64,000 bases of DNA, taken from positions 577-64,576 of the forward strand of contig CAZYJR010000020.1 in assembly GCA_964647905.1 (NCBI GenBank), read 5' to 3'. Below the pieces are notes generated by a model, which worked only from the letters and a program-made list of their open reading frames with translations, had not been told where the DNA came from and searched no databases. Of the stretch, positions 28,408-37,714 are shown piece by piece. The stretch is from an uncultured Desulfobacterales bacterium. GTDB taxonomy: Bacteria > Desulfobacterota > DSM-4660 > Desulfatiglandales > HGW-15. A program made the position numbers and the translations under genes. The stretch's first letter is position 1; each line of letters starts with the position of its first letter.

Positions 28408-28761
28408 ATGGCCAAGAAGACACCCATAACCTTTGTGGCTCAAGGCACCCGTTTCCAGGGGGACATCCACAGTGATGCACGGATAGTGGTGGAAGGGACC
28501 GTGGAGGGAAACGTCCGCTGCATGGAGATGACCATCGCTCCGTCCGGACGCGTGGTGGGCGATTTGCAGGCAGCCTCCCTGGCTGTGGCCGGGACCTACA
28601 AGGGGAACCTGGTGGCCCACCGCAGGGTCACGATCCACGCAACGGGCTCGGTGGAAGGGGGCTTGTTCACCCGCACCCTGGTGGTGGAGGAGGGCGGACG
28701 CATGAACGGCGACATCAAGGTGATGACCTCGATGGATGAGTTCCCTGAAGTGATCTCTTGA
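28408..28761 (+). CDS. Bactofilin (polymer-forming cytoskeletal protein, DUF583)
   Basis: 117 aa with a repetitive beta-helix pattern: FQGDIHSDARIVVEGTVEGNV...GRVVGDLQAASLAVAGTYKGNLVAHRRVTIHATGSVEG. Confidence 0.85.
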   Translation: MAKKTPITFVAQGTRFQGDIHSDARIVVEGTVEGNVRCMEMTIAPSGRVVGDLQAASLAVAGTYKGNLVAHRRVTIHATGSVEGGLFTRTLVVEEGGRMNGDIKVMTSMDEFPEVIS

Positions 28762-28785
28762 TGCCGCCCGGCGCACCAATCCTTC

Positions 28786-30282
28786 CTATATGTCCTCTCC
28801 CCGGGAATGGGTCTGCCGGAGCCCCGAAAGAGTCTCCCAGATCTCTTTCACCTGCCTCCGGGTCTCTTCCATACTCCCGCTGTTGTCTATTACGAAATCG
28901 GCGTAGCCCGGCTTCTCTTCTATGGGGAGCTGGGCGCGGAGCATGTTGGAAGCCTCTTCTTCGCTGATGCCGTCCCTTGCAGCCAGCCTCCGGATCTGCT
29001 CCTCGGCGGGAATGTAGACGACCAGGATCTTGTGGAACATGTACTGGAGGTTTAGCTCCAAGAGCAGCGGCACCGCCACCTGGATCACCGAGCCGGGTCT
29101 CCGGGAGGCTATCTCGTTCACCCGGCGGGCGAACCGCTCGAAGATCCTTGGGTGAGTGAACGACTCCAGCTTCTTTCTCTTTTCCATGTCCCGGAACACT
29201 ATGGACGAGAGCCTCTTGCGGTCCAGGCGTCCGTCTTCGGACAGGACCTGCTTCCCGAAGTACTCCACTATCTCCCGGTAGGCGGGTTGTCCCGGCTCCA
29301 CCACTTCCTTGGCGATTACGTCGAAGTCGATCATGGGCGCTCCCAGCTCCTCCAGCATGGATGAGACCGTGCTCTTGCCGCTGGCGATCCCCCCGGTCAC
29401 GCCGACGAGCAGCCGGCCGTCCTCGCCCCGGATCTCCTTTGCGGTCCGCTCCAAGCGGGTGTAGGCCGTGGGGAGCAGGGCGTATACGTCCGACTCGGCT
29501 CCTGCAAAGCTGATGGGGTATCGGATCCCGCGGCGGTAGAGGGACTCGAGCCCCCTGACCGCCTTTTCCACCGCCCGGGCGGGGAGGGCCATTACCAGTT
29601 CGTCGTCCTGGGCATGGCCGTATCTCCTCTCTCCGTAGCAGGGAATGGTGAGCTTGGGTCTGTCCTCCAGGTAGCATCTGGCCAATGCGTCCGCGCACGA
29701 AGTCTCTCCCACGCAGGAGAACTCCATGACCTCGTAGTCCTCGAACTGGAGCGCGTTGATCAGCAGTATCACTTGGGCGGGGTTGCCGTAGATGAGCACG
29801 ATATCCGGCTCAAAGGGATCGTAGACCAGCGGGGCCATTACCACGGCCTGGTATTTCCCGAGGGGGAGGTGAGGGATGGAGCTTTCATACTTCTTGCCGT
29901 CCTCCCGGCACTTGACCCAGACAATGCTCCTGAAGGTGCCGTCCATGTAAATGCCGGGCTTCTCCCTGAGCCCCAGCATGGCGGGGCACGAGGGAAGGGC
30001 GAAATCCGCGTCCTCCGCCCCCACGGTCCAATCGAAGTTCCGGACCAGGTTTATCATCTGGCAAAGCGTCAGGTTCCTCTCCGGTCGCCTGAGAAACGGG
30101 ATGGTCTCCAGATCCTCCTTGTTGTCCAGCATCTTGAAGGCCACGGGAAAGGAACGGAGTCTGAGCAGTCGTTCGAGCTTCTTGACCAACGGTTCCCACT
30201 TGGCGGTCTCTCCCATCGCGTTCGGCTCCTTCTGTTTCCGATGAGGGCTTCGAATCGCGCAGCAGTCATCGGGTGCGGTCAT
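28786..30282 (-). CDS. coaE: Fusion protein: N-terminal DUF169 domain + C-terminal dephospho-CoA kinase (CoaE)
   Basis: A single 498 aa frame. The N-terminal half resembles DUF169 (FPVAFKML...LTLCQMI...LPSCPAMLGLRE). The C-terminal half is CoaE (LLVGVTGGIASGKSTVSSMLEELGAPMIDFDVIAKEVV...). There is no stop and no ATG/GTG/TTG start codon directly ahead of the P-loop. Confidence 0.75.
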   Translation of the reverse strand: MTAPDDCCAIRSPHRKQKEPNAMGETAKWEPLVKKLERLLRLRSFPVAFKMLDNKEDLETIPFLRRPERNLTLCQMINLVRNFDWTVGAEDADFALPSCPAMLGLREKPGIYMDGTFRSIVWVKCREDGKKYESSIPHLPLGKYQAVVMAPLVYDPFEPDIVLIYGNPAQVILLINALQFEDYEVMEFSCVGETSCADALARCYLEDRPKLTIPCYGERRYGHAQDDELVMALPARAVEKAVRGLESLYRRGIRYPISFAGAESDVYALLPTAYTRLERTAKEIRGEDGRLLVGVTGGIASGKSTVSSMLEELGAPMIDFDVIAKEVVEPGQPAYREIVEYFGKQVLSEDGRLDRKRLSSIVFRDMEKRKKLESFTHPRIFERFARRVNEIASRRPGSVIQVAVPLLLELNLQYMFHKILVVYIPAEEQIRRLAARDGISEEEASNMLRAQLPIEEKPGYADFVIDNSGSMEETRRQVKEIWETLSGLRQTHSRGEDI

Positions 30283-30306
30283 GTAAGCTTCAAGGGCGGT
30301 CTGGGC

Positions 30307-31443
30307 TCACCGCTCTTGATTTCCCCTGAACTCCACGGGTAGGCACCGCCCGGTCTTGATCGCCCGGATCAGGTCATGTTCGTCTCTTAACGAAGCCGGC
30401 AGGCGGGTGGCGTAGGTTCCCACCTCGGCCGCCTCATGGGCGTCGCTGCCTCCGGTCAGAGGCAGGCCCAGGCCCGAGGCCACGCGCCGGGCGAAGCGGT
30501 TCTCCTCCACGTTCACCTTCCCGTTGAGGACCTCCACTGCGTCCACCTTGGAGAATACCGGGCGGTCCATGGCCTTTCCGGCTGTAAGGCCCAGCTTGTC
30601 CACACCGAAGGTCAAAAACCCCCGGAAGGGATGCGCCGCTATCATTACCCCTCCTGACGCCTCCACGCCGCGCCGCAGATCCTCCAGGCGGATTATGCCT
30701 TTGACGTCTTCGTCAAAGCCGAAGACTAGGATATCGCCCTGGTCCGTGGTGATCTCGTTGCCCCGGAGGATCAAGAGGTCGTGTCTTCGTCTCAGGGCCT
30801 CCACCTGCTCGAGCGGCCATACATGGTTGTGGTCGGTAAGGCAGACTCCGTCCAGGCCTATACGAGCCGCCTCCTCCAGGACCTCATCCACCCCGGCCGA
30901 GCTGCACGGCGAGGCCGGATAGGTGTGGACGTGGAGATCGATGACCACGCCCGGCTGCCCGTCCTCATCCACGGCAAGCGTGCCCTTTGGTTCCGCGTCC
31001 TCTTCGCGGGGCTCATCCTCTCCGGGCCCCGGGCCTTCCCCCCGGGCCCGCATGCCTTGGTCTTCGACCAAACCCAGGGCTTCCCGTATCGAATGGCAGC
31101 ACTCGATCAGGATGTTGGCGAAGTGACGGCAGGCCCTGCGTCCCACACGTTTCTGGAGCTTCCGGGAGATCTCCTCTTCGTGCACCCTCAGCCCCAGGGC
31201 GCCTTCCAGCCGGTCCGCTGCCCTCGGGCATTCGGGGGTCGTCCAGCGTTTCCACCACCCCTCCACGCTCCTTATTTCCCCGGAGGAGCGGTCTATTACC
31301 ATTCGCACCTCCAGGCCGTATATGTCGTCGTCCAGTATTCCGTGGGCCGCCACCGCCGAAGGCCCTTCGAACCATACGGCGACCCGCTTGCTCCTCAAGA
31401 AACCCAGCATCCGATCCTCCGCTCCGCTGTCTTCAGTCGGCAT
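30307..31443 (-). CDS. PHP-domain phosphoesterase with an N-terminal DUF2889-like domain
   Basis: PHP motifs VIDLHVHTYPASPCS, GVCLTDHNHV, GGSDAHEAAEVG. The N-terminal ~130 aa (..ACRHFANILIECCHSIREA..) resemble the upstream DUF2889-like protein. The DUF assignment is from memory. Confidence 0.7.
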   Translation of the reverse strand: MPTEDSGAEDRMLGFLRSKRVAVWFEGPSAVAAHGILDDDIYGLEVRMVIDRSSGEIRSVEGWWKRWTTPECPRAADRLEGALGLRVHEEEISRKLQKRVGRRACRHFANILIECCHSIREALGLVEDQGMRARGEGPGPGEDEPREEDAEPKGTLAVDEDGQPGVVIDLHVHTYPASPCSSAGVDEVLEEAARIGLDGVCLTDHNHVWPLEQVEALRRRHDLLILRGNEITTDQGDILVFGFDEDVKGIIRLEDLRRGVEASGGVMIAAHPFRGFLTFGVDKLGLTAGKAMDRPVFSKVDAVEVLNGKVNVEENRFARRVASGLGLPLTGGSDAHEAAEVGTYATRLPASLRDEHDLIRAIKTGRCLPVEFRGNQER

Positions 31444-31951
31444 GGTTCTCGCCGGGGGGCTCTATGCCTTCCACAATGGAGCTCCCGGGCGCGAATGCGG
31501 CACAGCGGTTGTAAAGCCTTATATTTTTCCTGACCAGCCTTGCGAAGTGGGAGCGGGCCTCCTCCAGGTCTTCAGGCACCAGGGCAAGGTCGTCCTTGGT
31601 GAAATAAAGGATTACCCCGTGGCAGCATTCCTCCACCATGAACACCAGTTGCCGGAAGGGCACCGAATCTCCGACCAAGCCCTGGATAATCTTGGACATC
31701 CCGGGGCCGATGCGAACACCCACGGCCTTGCCAAGGCCCCCGCAGTCCCGGGCTGCGGCCAGGTCCGGGCTGCGAATGACCCGGCTCTCCACCCCGGTTA
31801 TCTCCAGATCGGGCAATGCCACTGTTATGGTCACCTCGGCCTCGGTCAGGGTGTCCTGCAGCCTGCAGGAGGCCCTGAGAGTCTCCCGGTCCAGCCTCTC
31901 CACCGATGTTGTGCGGTTCCTGGAAAAAGAGAGCAATTGCGGGATGGACAA
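31433..31951 (-). CDS. DUF2889-like protein
   Basis: 172 aa. The pattern ..ASCRLQDTLTEAEVTITVALPDLEITGVESRVIRSP...VEECCHGVILYF.. is paralogous to the N-terminal domain of the next gene. An 11-nt overlap indicates co-translation. Confidence 0.55.
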   Translation of the reverse strand: MSIPQLLSFSRNRTTSVERLDRETLRASCRLQDTLTEAEVTITVALPDLEITGVESRVIRSPDLAAARDCGGLGKAVGVRIGPGMSKIIQGLVGDSVPFRQLVFMVEECCHGVILYFTKDDLALVPEDLEEARSHFARLVRKNIRLYNRCAAFAPGSSIVEGIEPPGENHAD

Positions 31952-32034
31952 GGTCTCAGCCTCCTTTCATGCGGCAGGGCCCCAGCAGCTCCGGCCTCTT
32001 CCGGGTCGGGGGCCTTGGAGTGGTTTTCAGGGGA

Positions 32035-33765
32035 TCAGTCCTTCAGATTCAGGGTCTGACCCACCGGAAGCCCGAGCTCCCGGGCCCTTAGTACGCGCCG
32101 CAGGGTCTTGCCACTGCGGGTCTTGGGAATGCTGTCCAGGAAGTCGATCTCCTGGACTACTATCTCGGGCGAGAGATTGGCCCGCAGGAATGCGCGGATC
32201 TCCTGCTTCAACCGTGTGGAAGGCGAGAACCCCGGGTTGAGTGTTATGAAGGCCTTTATGGTGGATCTCCCGGAGCCCGGATCCCCTCCTTTGGAGATCA
32301 CCGCGGTCTCGGCCACAGCCGGGTGCAGGTATAGGACGTGCTCGATCTCGTAGGGTCCTATCATCTTGACCCCGCCCACCTTGATGAGGTCGTCGTTCCT
32401 GCCTTGGTGGTAGTAGTAGCCTTCATCGTCCTCCAGGGCCATATCGCCGGTAAGGAACCAGCCTTCCAGGCGGAAGTATTCGGCATATCTCTCTTCTTCC
32501 CCCCAGAGCCCGCTCATCAGGCCCGGCCAACCCACCCGGAGGGCCAGCTCGCCCATGGCCATGGGGGGCAGGCGCTCCCCCTCCTCGTCCACAACGGCCG
32601 CTTCAACGCCCGGCACCGGCTTTCCCATGGAGCCGGGCTTTATGTCCATGGTGGGGAAGTTGGCCAAGCAGATTATCCCAGTCTCGGTCATCCACCAGGT
32701 GTCGTGCGGAGAATGACCGAGGTTCTTGCGGGTCCAATAGAAGAGGTCCGGGACCAACGGCTCTCCCACAGTGGCTATGTGACGGAGACCGGAGAAGTCG
32801 TATCGGCCCGGGAGGTCTTCTCCGGCCTCCATCAACCGCCTGATGGTGGTGGGGGTGGTGTACCATACCTCCACCCGGTGCCGCTCCAGGGTCCTGTAGA
32901 GGTTGGAGGCGGTCAGAGGGTCGCCCTGGATCAGGGTGGTGGAGCCGCAGAGCCACGGCGCAAATGCCCCGTAAACCGTGCCCGTGACCCAGGCGGGGTC
33001 CGCCTCTGTCCAGACCACCGTCCCCGGCGCCAAGTCCAGGACGAACGTGCCGGTGGCGTGCATGCCTATCATGTCGTGGTGGGTATGTACGATCCCCTTG
33101 GGCATGCCGGTGGACCCGGAGGTGTAGTTCAGATACAGCGGCGCCCTCCGGGGGAAGAGTCGGTTCTCAAAGACAGGCGGCAGGCTCTCCGCTTCCCCTC
33201 GGGTGAGGACCTCCGAAGGGAAGACTCCGGGTAGCGGGTCCCTGGTAAGGAAGACCTTTCTCACGTACTCCATGCCCTCGGCCGGCAGGCGCTCGGCGAG
33301 ATCAGGATGGGTGATGATGCCCGAGGGCCGGGCGCTCTTGATGCGCACCACCATCTCGTCATAGGTGATGGTGGAAAAGAGATTGCAGAAGATCACCCCG
33401 ATCCGGGCGCAGGCCAGCATGGCGAAGTAGGTCTCAGGGGAAGGCGGATGAAATATGAACAGACGCTCCCCGGCTCGGAAGCCGTGCCCTGCCAGGAGAT
33501 TTGCCCAACGGCAGGAGACCTCCATGAGCTCCTTGAAGCCGTAAGCCTCGACTCGTCCCCCTCCCTCGAAGATCAGCGCCGGCCTCTCTCGGTCATCGGG
33601 GCTCTCGGCCCACCGGTCCACGGCTTTTTCCACGATGTTGATCCGCTCGGGCGCCGAGGGGAACAGCGTCTTCTCGGCCCGGTCCCAGGAGAATCCCTTT
33701 CTCATCTCCTCGTAAGGCCCTATCCGTGCCCCCGGATTTTCAGCCTTGACTCTCGCCCTTATCAT
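32035..33765 (-). CDS. AMP-forming acyl-CoA synthetase (acetyl-CoA synthetase-like, ANL superfamily)
   Basis: YTSGSTGMPKGIVHTH (A3), WMTETG, GDMALEDDEGYYYHQGRNDDLIKVGGVKMIGPYEIE (A8), and C-terminal IPKTRSGKTLRRVLR (A10 Lys). Confidence 0.9.
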   Translation of the reverse strand: MIRARVKAENPGARIGPYEEMRKGFSWDRAEKTLFPSAPERINIVEKAVDRWAESPDDRERPALIFEGGGRVEAYGFKELMEVSCRWANLLAGHGFRAGERLFIFHPPSPETYFAMLACARIGVIFCNLFSTITYDEMVVRIKSARPSGIITHPDLAERLPAEGMEYVRKVFLTRDPLPGVFPSEVLTRGEAESLPPVFENRLFPRRAPLYLNYTSGSTGMPKGIVHTHHDMIGMHATGTFVLDLAPGTVVWTEADPAWVTGTVYGAFAPWLCGSTTLIQGDPLTASNLYRTLERHRVEVWYTTPTTIRRLMEAGEDLPGRYDFSGLRHIATVGEPLVPDLFYWTRKNLGHSPHDTWWMTETGIICLANFPTMDIKPGSMGKPVPGVEAAVVDEEGERLPPMAMGELALRVGWPGLMSGLWGEEERYAEYFRLEGWFLTGDMALEDDEGYYYHQGRNDDLIKVGGVKMIGPYEIEHVLYLHPAVAETAVISKGGDPGSGRSTIKAFITLNPGFSPSTRLKQEIRAFLRANLSPEIVVQEIDFLDSIPKTRSGKTLRRVLRARELGLPVGQTLNLKD

Positions 33766-33780
33766 TAGACCGATCCCTGC

Positions 33781-34830
33781 TTAGTCCGTCCAAACCCGAT
33801 ACCGGCGGTGGACATCCATCGCCCTGCCGGCCAACTCCAAGGCCCGCCCGCCCGCCTCGCCCTCGACTCGCTCGGACCCTTCGTCGCGGAGGAGCACTCC
33901 CAGCACCTCTCCCACGCAGCGGGCGAGAGAGGGAGGATCATACCCCCCTTCGAGGGCCAGAAGCAAGGGAGGAGGCCGCTTCTCTTTTCCGAGGCGGCTG
34001 AGCAATAGGCGGGTCAAGCCCCCGAAGGCTCGCTCGGTCAGCCGGTTGCGGCCGACAGGGTCGTCATGATGTGCGTCGAACCCGGCGGCAGCCAGGATCA
34101 GCTCCGGTTGGTATCTCTCCATCACCGCCCCCAGGACATGGTGGTATAGAAGGACGAACTCGGCGTCGGTGAGGTCCCTGGGGATGGGCATGTTCACTGT
34201 GAAGCCCTCGCCCTCTCCCCTCCCCGCTTCGTCCCAGTCCCCGGTATGGGGGTAGAGCAGTGTGTCATGGGTGGACAAGTAAAAGACCTCCCGCTCGCCG
34301 TAAAAGAGGTCGTTCAGGCCGTGGCCGTGGTGCACGTCCCAGTCCACCACGAGGATCCGCTTGAAGCCGTATCTCTTTCCGGCGAATCTTGCTGTGACGG
34401 CCAGGTTGTTGAAGATGCAAAAACCCGAGACCCGGTTGGGCAAGGCGTGGTGGCCCGGGGGGCGCACCAGGGCGAAACAGACGTCGCACTCCCCGGCCAG
34501 CATTGATTCCAGCCCCCTGATGCATCCCCCCACGGCCAGCCATGCGGCCAGGTATGTCTTGGAACTTGCAGGGGTGTCCGGGGCCAGGCTGGTGAATTCC
34601 TGCTCTGCGGTCTTCAAGACCTTCTTGATGTGAGCCGGAGTGTGGACAAGCTCCAGTTGCTCCATGGTGGCCATCTCGGCCTCCATGTCGATCAGCCCCT
34701 CGAGCGGCGGGTCTCCCGAATCTAGCATCCTGTGCACGGCCCGGAGGCGGCTGGGGTGCTCGGGATGGAGGTGCCCTGTCTTGTGCTCCAGGAACCGCCG
34801 GTCGCGGATTATTCCCACCCTGGATTTCAT
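33781..34830 (-). CDS. Histone-deacetylase-family (class II HDAC / AcuC-like) Zn-dependent deacetylase
   Basis: VRPPGHHA, VDWDVHHGHG, AAGFDAHHDDP, ALEGGY. Confidence 0.9.
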   Translation of the reverse strand: MKSRVGIIRDRRFLEHKTGHLHPEHPSRLRAVHRMLDSGDPPLEGLIDMEAEMATMEQLELVHTPAHIKKVLKTAEQEFTSLAPDTPASSKTYLAAWLAVGGCIRGLESMLAGECDVCFALVRPPGHHALPNRVSGFCIFNNLAVTARFAGKRYGFKRILVVDWDVHHGHGLNDLFYGEREVFYLSTHDTLLYPHTGDWDEAGRGEGEGFTVNMPIPRDLTDAEFVLLYHHVLGAVMERYQPELILAAAGFDAHHDDPVGRNRLTERAFGGLTRLLLSRLGKEKRPPPLLLALEGGYDPPSLARCVGEVLGVLLRDEGSERVEGEAGGRALELAGRAMDVHRRYRVWTD

Positions 34831-35384
34831 GACTCCGCCTGCATGATGAGTTCCATGGTGCGCTCGCTCTCGAAACGCCCGGCGTCGGTGAACCGGAAGC
34901 CCGATTTGAGGTAAAGGGCGATTGCCGGGAAGTTATAGGTGCCGACCGACAGCCACAGCCGCCTGAGTCCGCGTCCCCGGGCTTCCTTCAGTGCTTGCCC
35001 GGTCAGCCGCGTCCCCACGCCTCGGTTTCGGTTGTCCTGATCCACGAAGATCAGGTATTCGCCCCGGGCCTCGGCCGGGTCCGGGATTATGACCACGTGC
35101 CCTACGACCCTATCCCCCCGAAGCGCCACCGTGTTCAGCCCGGCCTCCACCAGACGGCGTGCCCATTCCCTGCAGGCGGCCGGATCCTCCGGGGGGACGC
35201 CCTGGAACTTTCCCTTGGGGGAGAAACAGTCGTACATGGCGCAGAGTGCGCCCATATCCCCCTCCCGGTAGGGCCTTACCTCGAAGGCGAGGCCCGTTTT
35301 ATCCCAGTGGATCATGCCGGCCTCCCCAAGGCGGAGGAGCTTCGGGGCTCGGGTCTCCCCGGGCTCTCGGATGAGCTGTTCCAC
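34827..35384 (-). CDS. GNAT-family N-acetyltransferase
   Basis: 185 aa with the acetyl-CoA-binding motif FVDQDNRNRGVGTRLTGQALKEARGRG. A 4-nt overlap with the deacetylase gene. Confidence 0.8.
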   Translation of the reverse strand: MEQLIREPGETRAPKLLRLGEAGMIHWDKTGLAFEVRPYREGDMGALCAMYDCFSPKGKFQGVPPEDPAACREWARRLVEAGLNTVALRGDRVVGHVVIIPDPAEARGEYLIFVDQDNRNRGVGTRLTGQALKEARGRGLRRLWLSVGTYNFPAIALYLKSGFRFTDAGRFESERTMELIMQAES

Positions 35385-35600
35385 GACCGGATAGGAGCCC
35401 CGCCGGGCAGCGGGGTGAGCATGTGGCCGCGCAGCTTGAGCGATGATATGCCGCGTCTTTCCACGTGCTCGCGCCCTTCCCCGGCCGCGGATCGAATCAC
35501 CGTGGGTGCTGTGTAGGACTCGGCCGCCCTGTATCTTTCCACTCCCCTCCTGGAGATGTTATTTCGGGTCTTCAATGGAACACGGACAACCGGTCCCTCA

Positions 35601-37487
35601 TCAATGCGCCTTGGGCTTGTCCAGGCGGGCGCGGAGCACCACCATGTCCCCTTCGTAGGATGTGGATATCTCGTAGTGGAGCTTCTTGAAGAGCCGGATC
35701 ATGGCCCGGTTGGAGGGATCCGTGTATGCCGCCAGGGCCTTGATGCCTTGTTCCCGGGCGGTTTCCACCAGCTTCTCCTGTATCACCGTGGATATCCCCT
35801 TGCCCTGCCAGGACTTGTCCACGCTGAAGGCCACCTCCGCCGTGTTGGAGGCCGGCTCCAGGAAGTACCCGCCGACCGCTATGACCCGCTCGTAACCCGG
35901 ATCGCCGATGACCGCCACTATGGCCATGTCGTGGATGTAGTCCACCTGGAAGAGCCCGGCCACGTCCTCCCTGGCGAAGGCGGTCTTCTCGTGCATGAAT
36001 CGCCGCACCACATCCCTGCGGTCCAGGCTGTAGAAGTGCTCCTGCACGGCCCGCTCGTCAGTGGGCCTGGCGGGCCTGAAAAGGACGCGGCGCCCCTCCA
36101 TCACCCTGGTCTCCTCCACCTTGAGGGGGTAGACGCTCCTGATGCTCTCGGCCAGGGTCCTCTCCTGACCCAAGAGGCCCATTTGCTTGGCCTCGTGAAA
36201 GAGTCGGTCGCGGAAATCGGGGTGGGCCACACTGATCAGGGCTATGGCCCGCTCCTGGAGGCTTTTGCCGAAGAGATTGACCACCCCGTACTCGGTGACC
36301 ACGTACTGGACGTCACCGCGGGGCACCACCACCGGGATATCCCCCAGGGAAGGTACTATTCGGCTGGCCTTCCCGTCCATGGTGGTGGAGAACATCATGA
36401 TCAGGTTCTTCCCCCCGTCTGATCTGGCCGCACCCTGGACAAAGTCCATGAACCCGTTTACTCCGGTGAAGTGGTTGTAGAGCAGGGCGTCGGCTCCCAC
36501 CTGTCCTGTCAGATCCATGGCCATGGCCATGTTTATGGCCACCATGCGGTTGTGGCGGGAGATGACCCCGGGGTCGTTGACGTAATCCGAAGGGTGAAAC
36601 TCGATCCCTGGGTTGTCGTGAATGAACTCGTAGAGGTCAGAGGAGCCGATGGCCCCGCTTGCCACCAGCTTTCCCGCGTTGAAGCCCTTCCGCCTGTTAT
36701 TGATCACTCCCCTCGCGGCCAGGTGCATGATCCCGTCGCTCAGGAATTGGGTGTGGACCCCCAGGTCGTTCTTGTCCGACAGCCCGGCCAGAAGGGCCTG
36801 GGGCGTGGCCCCCAGGCTGATCTGCAGGGTGGAGCCGTCCTCGATCAGCTTGGCGGCGTGCCTGGCTATGAGATTGGCCGATGGGACTTCCGGCGGGCTC
36901 CCCACGGTCAGGATGTCCTCCTCTTGTTCCACCACCGCGTCCACCTCGTTGACGTGTATGAAGCTCCGCCCCATCACCCGGGGCATCTTGGGATTGACCT
37001 GGGCGATCACCAGATCGGCCGAGTGGGCCGCGGCCAGGGTCACGTCCACACTCACCCCCAAACTCATCCACCCGAAGTCGTCCGGCTCTGAGACCTGGAT
37101 CAGGGCGGCGTGGAGCGGCATCTGGCGGGATTTGAACAGGCGCGGCACTGCCGAGAGGTTGACCGGGGTGATGAAGCGCTTGTTCGCTGAGAGCGCCCTG
37201 GGCTTGGCCGAACCCAGGTAGAAGGTGCGTAGATTGAAGCTCTGGCAGGCTGTCTGATCGGCCATCATGGTGAGCGGGACGGTCTCCAGGCTGAGGACGC
37301 GGACGATCTCAAGGTCGGACAGGACCGGGGCGCGGGCGGCAAGCTCCCGCACCAGCGCCTGGGGCTCGCCGCAGGAAGACCCGGTGAATACCCGCTGGCC
37401 GCGGCGGATCAGGCCTACGGCCCCGGCCGCCGTGGTTCGTTTGGCCAGGTAATCATCCGGCCAATAGGGTCTCTTGGACTTGTCCAT
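35601..37487 (-). CDS. Bifunctional acetyl-CoA hydrolase/transferase-family domain + C-terminal GNAT acetyltransferase
   Basis: The start is reassigned to the ATG at 37487 (MDKSKRPYWPDDYLAKRTTAAGAVGLIRRGQRVF...). The N-terminal ~440 aa resemble acetyl-CoA hydrolase/transferase (..AINMAMAMDLTGQVGAD..). The C-terminal GNAT is VIAVGGYFLEPASNTAEVAFSVDKSWQGKGISTVIQEKL. Track ORF residues 1-97 look non-coding. Confidence 0.85.
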   Translation of the reverse strand: MDKSKRPYWPDDYLAKRTTAAGAVGLIRRGQRVFTGSSCGEPQALVRELAARAPVLSDLEIVRVLSLETVPLTMMADQTACQSFNLRTFYLGSAKPRALSANKRFITPVNLSAVPRLFKSRQMPLHAALIQVSEPDDFGWMSLGVSVDVTLAAAHSADLVIAQVNPKMPRVMGRSFIHVNEVDAVVEQEEDILTVGSPPEVPSANLIARHAAKLIEDGSTLQISLGATPQALLAGLSDKNDLGVHTQFLSDGIMHLAARGVINNRRKGFNAGKLVASGAIGSSDLYEFIHDNPGIEFHPSDYVNDPGVISRHNRMVAINMAMAMDLTGQVGADALLYNHFTGVNGFMDFVQGAARSDGGKNLIMMFSTTMDGKASRIVPSLGDIPVVVPRGDVQYVVTEYGVVNLFGKSLQERAIALISVAHPDFRDRLFHEAKQMGLLGQERTLAESIRSVYPLKVEETRVMEGRRVLFRPARPTDERAVQEHFYSLDRRDVVRRFMHEKTAFAREDVAGLFQVDYIHDMAIVAVIGDPGYERVIAVGGYFLEPASNTAEVAFSVDKSWQGKGISTVIQEKLVETAREQGIKALAAYTDPSNRAMIRLFKKLHYEISTSYEGDMVVLRARLDKPKAH

Positions 37488-37714
37488 TCGGCTTATTCTT
37501 TCAGCCCGACCGGCTGTTCTTGTTTGCCCTTGGTCTGCCCGCCCGCGATTTGAAGCCTTCCTTCCTGGTATGGCCTCTCCGGTACAAAGCATAGGAGATC
37601 GGGGTCCGGGAGTCAACCTGGGGCCCTCGGGATTGCGCCTTGACACGCCCCATGGGTTTGAATGAAAATAAAACGCCCCCGGCGGCCCGGTGTGGATTTT
37701 CCAAGGAGGAAGCC

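Noticed and set aside
28715-29698. A 327 aa Arg/Gly/Pro-rich ORF on the minus strand, and similar long alternative-frame ORFs (e.g. 15852..16925, 21771..22436, 36471..37091, 23934..24845, 49228..50211)
   Set aside because: All overlap well-supported genes in another frame or on the other strand, and all encode compositionally biased sequence. They are artefacts of high GC content.
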